A DNA stretch of 44,890 nucleotides from Acidimicrobiia bacterium (lineage in GTDB: Bacteria > Actinomycetota > Acidimicrobiia > Acidimicrobiales > JACDCH01), in assembly GCA_013694495.1 (NCBI GenBank), contig JACDCH010000546.1:1-44890 (forward strand), written 5' to 3'. A program made the translations under genes and the position numbers. Numbering within the stretch: position 1 is the first letter of the stretch; each line of letters starts with the position of its first letter. Shown here piece by piece: positions 32,689-39,303 of the stretch. A model generated the notes under the pieces. That model was given only the letters and a program-made list of their open reading frames with translations, was not told the origin of the DNA and did no database searches.

Positions 32689-33308
32689 GCGTGGGCTGCT
32701 CCTCGGCGACGGTGGACGGCCCGAGCCAGGTTCGAGCCGGGTGCGGCGGCCACGACCATGTTCTCCCAGATCGTGCGGCTGCGTTCCTCCGTGAGCCGGC
32801 GGAACTGCGGACCGGGCAGAAGCTTGGAGCGGAGCCCGGTTCGCAGGACGCCGGCGTCGCGCAGTCGGCGCAGCGAGGCGCGGACGGCCCGTTCGTTGAG
32901 GCGACGGTCTCGGTTGGCGGTGAGCGCGCCGACATCGGGTGCAGGGAGGTTGTCGCTGGACCAGTCGGTGGTGTCCGTGGTGCCGCGTGCTGCCGGGATG
33001 GCGACGGCGTGAAGTAAGACCAGGCTCAGCACGGCGGCGTCAATCGGTGCCAGGACACCCGCGCCCTCGTCGACCAGCCGGTCGGCGATGGTGTCGTCGT
33101 ACCCGGAGATCCAACTGTCATCGCCGACTCGGAGGAGCGCGCGCCCGGCTCCCTGCAACGACTGGCCGACGAGGTCGCGAAGGGCGGGATCGGCGAGCGC
33201 AGCGAACTGCGCTTGCGGAACCGGCTCCGCCGACTCCTCGACGGCAACGACGGCGTTCAGGACCGCACCGCGGTCTCGCGACGACAGGGTGGCGAGAGTG
33301 GCGGTCAT
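32685..33308 (-). CDS. 207-aa winged-helix-like protein (JetB/KITE-like candidate, second of two)
   Basis: Start re-called at MTATLATL (ATG 33308) in ORF 32685..33593; the upstream 95 codons are Arg/Pro junk read out of frame from the preceding gene. ATGA overlaps at both ends. VRASLRRLRDAGVLRTG looks like a wHTH recognition helix plus wing. Confidence 0.55.
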   Translation of the reverse strand: MTATLATLSSRDRGAVLNAVVAVEESAEPVPQAQFAALADPALRDLVGQSLQGAGRALLRVGDDSWISGYDDTIADRLVDEGAGVLAPIDAAVLSLVLLHAVAIPAARGTTDTTDWSSDNLPAPDVGALTANRDRRLNERAVRASLRRLRDAGVLRTGLRSKLLPGPQFRRLTEERSRTIWENMVVAAAPGSNLARAVHRRRGAAHA

Positions 33309-33808
33309 GCCAGCGACTGGCTCGGTTCGGGGAGGGCGTCGAGGTTGCGGCGAAACGCTTCGAGATCGGCGTCGGCCCAGCCAGCGGTGAGGGGACCGAG
33401 CCGGAGGACGTCGTTGTCGTCGATGTCGAGGATTTGAGCCTGGGAGAGGATGTGGCGAACGGCGCCCACGATGTGTCGGCTGGCGGCGACGTTGATGCGC
33501 ATGGCGCGCGCCGCGGCCATGACGTCGTCGATCGTGAATGGGCGGCCCGGGTAGGGGTGGCGGTCGCGGTCGTCCCAGGCGAGGCCGACGCACAGCCCGA
33601 GAGCGACAAGGGCCGAATCCGGGAGTGTCGTCGGGAACACCTCGAGATCGGCGGCGGATGGCGCTTCGGCGTGGCGGGCGAGGACGACCTGGCGGCCGGC
33701 TCGCTGCGGCGCGCGCCCGACGTTGGCAGCGGAACGTTCAAGCGCCACCAGGTCGGCGATGGGCCCGGCGCCGAGGGCGCGCAGGCGGGCGAGCTCGATG
33801 GCACTCAT
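33305..33808 (-). CDS. 167-aa winged-helix-like protein (JetB/KITE-like candidate, first of two)
   Basis: Start re-called at MSAIELARL (ATG 33808) in ORF 33305..34582. ATGA overlaps with the upstream and downstream genes. Confidence 0.55.
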   Translation of the reverse strand: MSAIELARLRALGAGPIADLVALERSAANVGRAPQRAGRQVVLARHAEAPSAADLEVFPTTLPDSALVALGLCVGLAWDDRDRHPYPGRPFTIDDVMAAARAMRINVAASRHIVGAVRHILSQAQILDIDDNDVLRLGPLTAGWADADLEAFRRNLDALPEPSQSLA

Positions 33809-35109
33809 CGGGGCGCGCGCTCCTCGCTCTCGGCGGCGGGTTGGACGATCGTCGGTCTCTCCACGGTGAGGCGAGCGTCGGACGTCCAGCTGGTGTGGGC
33901 GTCGGTGTCGACGACCAGGGTGTCGGCTAAGTGCAGGCGGTAGACCGAGTGCTCGTCGACGTCGAGGCTGGCGAGCTCGACGACCACCTGGAGCGCCGCG
34001 GGCCACGGCGTGGCACGGAGGTGCGCCGACAACTCGATCGAAGCCTCGCCCTGCAGGAGCAGCTCGGCGGTGTGCTGGCGTTGTCGCCGGATGACGTCGA
34101 TCCGCTCGTCGAGACCGTCGAGCGGATCGATCGCCGGGTCGCCCGCCAAGGAGCCGACGGGGGGCCGCCGCGGTTGGCGATGATTCGGGCGGTACGCCCG
34201 CAGCGCTGCGACGACGTCGGCGGGCGACACCTGCGGCCGAGGCGGGTCCCACACGACACCGGCGAACACCGCGGCAAGTGCCTCGACCGTGCCGGTGGTG
34301 GCGAGCCGGGCGTAGTCGGCCGGGTCGAGCAGCGAGAAGTCGCGGGTCGACGCACCCTCGTCGACGATCCGTTCGAGAAGCCGCTGGGTCGCCACCAGGT
34401 ACGACTGGGCAGCGGTGAGCAACGCCGTGGCTGCGACCCGCAGAGTGGGATGGTGCTTGGTGACGACGTCGACGACCCGCTCCACCTGGGCGAGCATCCG
34501 GTCGCCGTCGTGCTGGGCGCGCTCCGCCACCAGCTCGGCGAGAGTGGCCGTGTCGGTGAGACGGTTGACAGCGGCGGTCCACATCTCGACGTAGCCGCGC
34601 TGTTCGACAAGGGCGTCGGCGACCTTGCCCGCGTCGTGCCGACCATCCTCGATCGCGTCAGCCGTGGCGCCGAGGAGCTGGAGCAGTTCCTCGATGCCTC
34701 CGTCGGTCAGCCCCTTCCGGAAGAAGAGGCTGCCTGCGACGGCGTCGGTGCTGACCACGTAGCGCTGCTGGTGGACCTTGTCCCGATAGGGCAGGAGCAT
34801 CGCCAACTCGACGAAGGTGTCGATCCGCTGTTCGAGCTCAGCCCGGTCGAGGTCGTCGAGGCGCAGCGCGCGCTCGATGATCTGAGCGCGGGCGAGTCCC
34901 TGTTCGATGTCGCCCTGGCCGAACGCGCCGATGACGGCCTCGGCGTAACGCAGCATCGACGGGTCGTCGACGACGGCGCCGCCGTGCGACGCGACGGGAG
35001 CAGCCATGGCACCGAGCCGGCGCGCCGCGCCGCTGCGCCGATGGCGCTTCCCGACGAAGTCGAACTGTTCGTCCTCCACGGCCGTGACCCTACGCAGGGA
35101 GTGTGACAT
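33805..35109 (-). CDS. 434-aa first gene of the Wadjet-like operon (JetA/MksF kleisin-like by position)
   Basis: Start re-called at MSHSLRRV (ATG 35109) in ORF 33805..35286. The assignment rests on operon position and size only; I cannot see a diagnostic motif. Confidence 0.5.
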   Translation of the reverse strand: MSHSLRRVTAVEDEQFDFVGKRHRRSGAARRLGAMAAPVASHGGAVVDDPSMLRYAEAVIGAFGQGDIEQGLARAQIIERALRLDDLDRAELEQRIDTFVELAMLLPYRDKVHQQRYVVSTDAVAGSLFFRKGLTDGGIEELLQLLGATADAIEDGRHDAGKVADALVEQRGYVEMWTAAVNRLTDTATLAELVAERAQHDGDRMLAQVERVVDVVTKHHPTLRVAATALLTAAQSYLVATQRLLERIVDEGASTRDFSLLDPADYARLATTGTVEALAAVFAGVVWDPPRPQVSPADVVAALRAYRPNHRQPRRPPVGSLAGDPAIDPLDGLDERIDVIRRQRQHTAELLLQGEASIELSAHLRATPWPAALQVVVELASLDVDEHSVYRLHLADTLVVDTDAHTSWTSDARLTVERPTIVQPAAESEERAPR

Positions 35110-35170
35110 GCCCGACGAATTCCGCTCGCCGGGATCTCCCGGGGCAGGATGAGGAGGGCCGAGCCCGCCT

Positions 35171-36052
35171 CTACGACAGCGCGCCGAGGGCGGCCTCGAC
35201 CTCGTGGCGCAACCGCTCGTCACAGGTCGCCCACCTTCGTTCGTCGTCCTCGAGGTCGGCGAGGAACCCGAAGCGGTGGCGCACACACGCCTCCCATGCC
35301 ACGAGGTCCACGGGACGGGTCAGCACCCCGATCGAATCGGCCTCGAAGTCGCGCTCCCGGCGCTCGTGGAGAACGTCGGCGGGGTCGAGGGGCCGGACGC
35401 CGCGTCCGTCATCCACGACATCACCCCACACCTTCAGCACCCAGAGCCGACGGACGAGGGCCTCGTCGATGGCTCGACCGGCGAAGTGGTTGAGGTCGTA
35501 CAGGTCTCGGCCCAGCGAGATCCGTCGATAGCGGGCCAGCTTCTCTGCGCACGCCTCAGCCTCGGCGACCACGGGCAGCACCGGGAGCTCGAATCCGTAG
35601 CTCTTGTGGATCGGAAGCGGCACGAACCCGAGTGGATCCGAAGGCAGGGCGAGCGGCCGACGGGCGAACTCGACGCTCGCTGCGATGTTGGGCGCGCCAA
35701 GGTCAGCGTGGCTGACCCGGAGATGCCAGTGCCGGCCGTCTCCACGATCGGAGTCGAGGTGGTACTCGAAGCCGCCGACCCGCGCACCGTCGATGATGCC
35801 GCAGGTCTCGAGCACGGTGTTCTCGTCGGGAGCCGCGAAGTCCAGGTCGGTGGAGAATCGGCCGTCGTTGCCCAGGCGGCACTTGCGCAGGCTGGTGCCG
35901 CCCTTGAACACCAGATGCCCTCCATCAAAGCAAGCGGCCTCGGCCAGCAGGAACAGCAGGTGGTCCTGGGCGACGTCGAGCAGCGCGGCGTCGTACGCGT
36001 CGGCGCGTCCGAGGGCGTGTCGAGAGACGAGCGCTTGCGTGAGTCCGGCCAT
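35171..36052 (-). CDS. abiEii: AbiEii/AbiGii-family nucleotidyltransferase toxin (DUF1814)
   Basis: LVFKGGTSLRKCRLGNDGRFSTDLDFA matches the GGTxL...R.S.DxD NTase motif of AbiEii. It follows an AbiEi-like gene after a 3-nt gap. Confidence 0.8.
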   Translation of the reverse strand: MAGLTQALVSRHALGRADAYDAALLDVAQDHLLFLLAEAACFDGGHLVFKGGTSLRKCRLGNDGRFSTDLDFAAPDENTVLETCGIIDGARVGGFEYHLDSDRGDGRHWHLRVSHADLGAPNIAASVEFARRPLALPSDPLGFVPLPIHKSYGFELPVLPVVAEAEACAEKLARYRRISLGRDLYDLNHFAGRAIDEALVRRLWVLKVWGDVVDDGRGVRPLDPADVLHERRERDFEADSIGVLTRPVDLVAWEACVRHRFGFLADLEDDERRWATCDERLRHEVEAALGALS

Positions 36053-36055
36053 CGG

Positions 36056-36937
36056 CTACGCCTTGCCCACGAGGCCCTGCAGCGGAGCGATCAGCCGATC
36101 GACGACGTAGTACTGAGGCACCCAGAGCGCTGGGGCGTCGTCACCACCACGATGCAGAGCCGGGTGTTCGAAGTGGACCTTAGGCATCGGCCCGCGTGCT
36201 GGTCGCCGATCGAACAGCTGGATGCCCCGCGGTGGATGGCCGGCGGCGTGGAGCAGGTAGGCGGCCCGCTGCCAGGTCGATGCCGACTGGCCGACCAGCA
36301 GGGTGGCCAGTCGATCGTCGTCGCAGTCGGCCGTCAGCTGTTCGAGGTGGGCAACGAGGTCCGCCCAGGGGCGGAACGACGCTGGGCGCGCGGCCAGCTG
36401 GACGATGAGGGCCTCAGGTCCGAAGGCCGGTAGTCCGCCGGCCCACGCGACGAGGTCTAGCTTGCGCCGCACCAGCAGGGCGGTGCTCGGACCCAGCTCC
36501 TTGGCTGCGGCCCTCGGCCACTTGATCCGCACTACCGATACGTGCTGGCGCAGCCCGTCGGGCAGCCGGCGCTCCCTTGGAAGCCAGACCGGGATCCGGC
36601 CGTCGGGGGCTCGGTCGAGGTAGCCGAGATGCCACGCTGCCGCGGCGCCCGCGAGCATGAGCTCCGCATCGGGGTCGCGAGCCCGCCAGGCGCGAATCGC
36701 AAGGTAGGGATCGGCCACGGCGTCCTGGCCGGGTGGGATGAATGCCCAGGTTCCCTGGATCGGCAGGCCCACGAGCCATCCAAGGCGGCGGAGCTCATCA
36801 ACGGTGGTGTCGACATCCCGGTCGCTGCCGACCTCCGCCAAGCGATCGCCGAGGTCCTCGCGCGTGACGACGGCCGGAAGATCTCGCGACAGTCCCGCAA
36901 CCAAGCCGGAGGCCCAGGTCGGAACGCGGCGGTCCAT
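36056..36937 (-). CDS. abiEi: AbiEi-like antitoxin / transcriptional regulator
   Basis: ORF 36056..37015. Codons upstream of MDRRVPTW are low in G/C at third positions, so ATG 36937 was taken as the start. N-terminal wHTH-like VTREDLGDRLAEVGSDRDVDTTVDELRRLGWLV. Positioned upstream of the NTase toxin. Confidence 0.65.
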   Translation of the reverse strand: MDRRVPTWASGLVAGLSRDLPAVVTREDLGDRLAEVGSDRDVDTTVDELRRLGWLVGLPIQGTWAFIPPGQDAVADPYLAIRAWRARDPDAELMLAGAAAAWHLGYLDRAPDGRIPVWLPRERRLPDGLRQHVSVVRIKWPRAAAKELGPSTALLVRRKLDLVAWAGGLPAFGPEALIVQLAARPASFRPWADLVAHLEQLTADCDDDRLATLLVGQSASTWQRAAYLLHAAGHPPRGIQLFDRRPARGPMPKVHFEHPALHRGGDDAPALWVPQYYVVDRLIAPLQGLVGKA

Positions 36938-37156
36938 CCCCGCCGAGCTCGTCGCCTGCCAACCCGTGGTTGAGTTCACAGCGGATACTCTACCCCCACA
37001 GTGCTGATTCCGCATCTATCCCAACCATTTAGTTAGAGACTGTGCGGATTTCGGTTGCTGGGAGCCGGCTTTCCGCATCGCTTACAACCAACTCAACACC
37101 GGCCATGCGGGGGTTCGGGTCAGCCACCGGGTTGCAGTCATCGGTGCCACCGATGC

Positions 37157-37209
37157 ATAAGCCGTAGTGGAGTCATAAGCACAGCGCTTATACTTGGCAT
37201 TGTGCTTAT
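37157..37209. promoter_or_regulatory. four copies of ATAAGC/GCTTAT (two direct, two inverted) in the AT-richer spacer between the divergent TA pairs
   Basis: ATAAGC at 37157-37162 and 37175-37180. GCTTAT at 37186-37191 and 37204-37209. The central pair forms ATAAGC-N5-GCTTAT. Confidence 0.4.
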
Positions 37210-37216
37210 CGAAGCG

Positions 37217-38248
37217 ATGCGCTGGCTCCGCGATGCCGGCGTCACGATTGAGCGGTTGGCCTCACAGCCGTCCGACCACGGTGGCGTCGTCGGACCTGAC
37301 GCGATCCTCCTCATTGCCGCTGGCGACGCGGAGGTGAGGTTCGCTGTCGAGGAGAAGCGGCGGGCGCCATACCCCAACGAGATTCCACGGCTCAGCGGAC
37401 ATCGAGAGGCGTTGAGCCAATCCGGCCAACCGCTGCTCGTCGTGCCCTTCGTGAGCGAGGCACTCGGACCTGTGCTCGGTGAGGCCGGTTGGTCGTGGGC
37501 TGATGAGTGCGGCAACTTCGACCTGCGCGCGCCCGGCCTGGTGCTTCGGCAACGACACACGACGACGACGCCGAGGCCCAAGCGGAAGAGCCTCCCCCAG
37601 GGCTCGGGCGGCCTTGCGATCATTCGCGCTCTGATCCGCTTCGGAGCAGGCGAGGAACAGGAAGCTGGCGCGACCGCCCTCGCTGCGCAAGCGAAGGTCT
37701 CTCAGCCCCGCGCCTCACAGGTGCTTCGCCAGCTGCACGAGCTGAAGCTCATCGACAACTCGGGACGCGGTCGGTTGCGGCCCAATCGCGAGGCGCTCCT
37801 CGATCGCTTCCTCGCGGAGTACCGGGGCCCCGGAGGCTCGGAGCAGTACCTCTACAGCCTGGACCCGCCCACTGACCTCGCTGTGCGCGCTACGAGCACC
37901 CGCACAGGCTCTCCTGCACGTCAGATCGTCGTTTCGGCCGACGTCGGACCAGATCTCATCCTGGCCTGGCGCCGTCCGACCACCGTCGTCCTTTACACCA
38001 CGCACGAGATCGACCCCGACGACCTCGGGCTCGTCGAGGCCCAGGGCAGTCACGACGCCAATGTCATCGTGCGGATCCCGGAGGACCGGTCGGTGTTCCC
38101 GGTTCCGGAGCTGGTGGCCGACGTACGGGGGGTGGGGGTCCCGTTGGCCGATCCGTCACAGATGATCTGGGACCTGCAGGATCTTGGGGGTGCCGACCGA
38201 CTCGAGGCTGCTGGCATGCTGCACGAATGGCTGCTGACGCGCCCCTGA
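37217..38248 (+). CDS. 343-aa wHTH protein, putative antitoxin/regulator of the downstream NTase
   Basis: Start taken at MRWLRDAG within ORF 37055..38248. Central wHTH-like ALAAQAKVSQPRASQVLRQLHELKLID. Overlaps the downstream gene by 22 nt. Confidence 0.5.
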   Translation: MRWLRDAGVTIERLASQPSDHGGVVGPDAILLIAAGDAEVRFAVEEKRRAPYPNEIPRLSGHREALSQSGQPLLVVPFVSEALGPVLGEAGWSWADECGNFDLRAPGLVLRQRHTTTTPRPKRKSLPQGSGGLAIIRALIRFGAGEEQEAGATALAAQAKVSQPRASQVLRQLHELKLIDNSGRGRLRPNREALLDRFLAEYRGPGGSEQYLYSLDPPTDLAVRATSTRTGSPARQIVVSADVGPDLILAWRRPTTVVLYTTHEIDPDDLGLVEAQGSHDANVIVRIPEDRSVFPVPELVADVRGVGVPLADPSQMIWDLQDLGGADRLEAAGMLHEWLLTRP

Positions 38249-39069
38249 GCCAACTCGTGCTCGCAGCGACATCGGTCGCCGACGATCTCGGGTACGTCGC
38301 GCTCGCCGACCTCTCGACCGTGCTCCACACGGAGGGACTGAGGGACCATCGCGTCATCGGCGGCCACATGGTGACGGCGCTCGTCGCGCGATGGCGCCTC
38401 GGGGCCGAGCTCTACCGCGAGACGGGCGACACGGACCTCGGTGTCCCGCCCATCGTCGTGCGCGACCACCGCCTCATCGAGCGCATGATGGAGCTCGACT
38501 ACGTGAAGGTCAAAGGCAATCGCTTCGCCAGAACGATGACGGACGTACCCGTCACGATCGCCGGCGACCGGGAGACCCCACGGCAGGCCATCATCGACGT
38601 CCTCGTTCCCGCTTACACGAGCAGGCCTCGCCAGAACCGCAGAATCAGCGAACACCTCGTGACGACCGAGGTCCCCGGACTGGCGACGGCGCTGAACCGC
38701 GCGCCGGTCGTCATGGCGCTCGAGCTCCGCCGGCTCAACGGCGAGGAGCTCGACGCTGAGCTGTCCTTTCCCAACGAGGTCGCGGCCCTCGTGCTGAAGA
38801 GCCTCGCCACGCGGGTTCGTTCGAAGGCGACCGACATCGTGGACCTGTGGCGATGTCTGGAGGTCGGCTACGCCGCTGGCGTCAGCCACAAGGAGTTCGC
38901 TGACGGAGAGCCCGCTGAAGCGATGACGATCATCCGCGCCCTGTTCGACGAGCGCGACGGTGCCGGGATGACGGCACTGGTCGCCGAACAGCGCCTGTCC
39001 GACCGCTCAGGCGACGAGCGCTTCACGAGGGTGCGCGCGCTGATGGCTCGCGTGCTCGGAACGGCCTGA
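38227..39069 (+). CDS. nucleotidyltransferase-fold protein (AbiEii/MNT-like toxin candidate)
   Basis: VIGGHMVTALVARWRLGAELYRETGDTDLGV fits the GG...R.T.DxD NTase motif. Confidence 0.6.
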   Translation: MAADAPLSQLVLAATSVADDLGYVALADLSTVLHTEGLRDHRVIGGHMVTALVARWRLGAELYRETGDTDLGVPPIVVRDHRLIERMMELDYVKVKGNRFARTMTDVPVTIAGDRETPRQAIIDVLVPAYTSRPRQNRRISEHLVTTEVPGLATALNRAPVVMALELRRLNGEELDAELSFPNEVAALVLKSLATRVRSKATDIVDLWRCLEVGYAAGVSHKEFADGEPAEAMTIIRALFDERDGAGMTALVAEQRLSDRSGDERFTRVRALMARVLGTA

Positions 39070-39240
39070 CGGCGCTTCGAGGCGCGGCCCATGGTCGCGG
39101 ACACCGTGCGTCGCATTGCCCGTCCAACTGTCCGTCTCGGCAACCGAAATCGTTGGTTTGGACCGAACTCGCTGTGCGAGCGCAACGCTCTGACGTGCTC
39201 CCCTGCGCTCGTTGCGCTGAACAACACACGCCCAAAGCGA

Positions 39241-39282
39241 TTCCTAAACCGTGCGTCGGGTGTTCGAATCACCCCGGGGGCG
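39241..39282 (+). repeat. attR: displaced 3' half of tRNA-Arg(CCT)
   Basis: TTCCTAAACCGTG-CGTCG-GGTG-TTCGAAT-CACCC-CGGGGGC-G aligns with 7742-7783 of the intact tRNA. It has compensatory T-stem changes and lacks CCA. Confidence 0.8.
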
Positions 39283-39303
39283 CTCCGAACACCCGCTCAC
39301 GGG

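Larger units (their letters stand above)
7742..39282. mobile_element. about 31.5 kb integrative (mobilizable) genomic island inserted in the 3' half of tRNA-Arg(CCT)
   Basis: Bounded by direct repeats: TTCCTAAACCGTG at 7742-7754 and 39241-39253, continuing as a diverged tRNA 3' half to 39282. An integrase starts 110 bp from the tRNA, and a relaxase lies inside. Confidence 0.75.
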
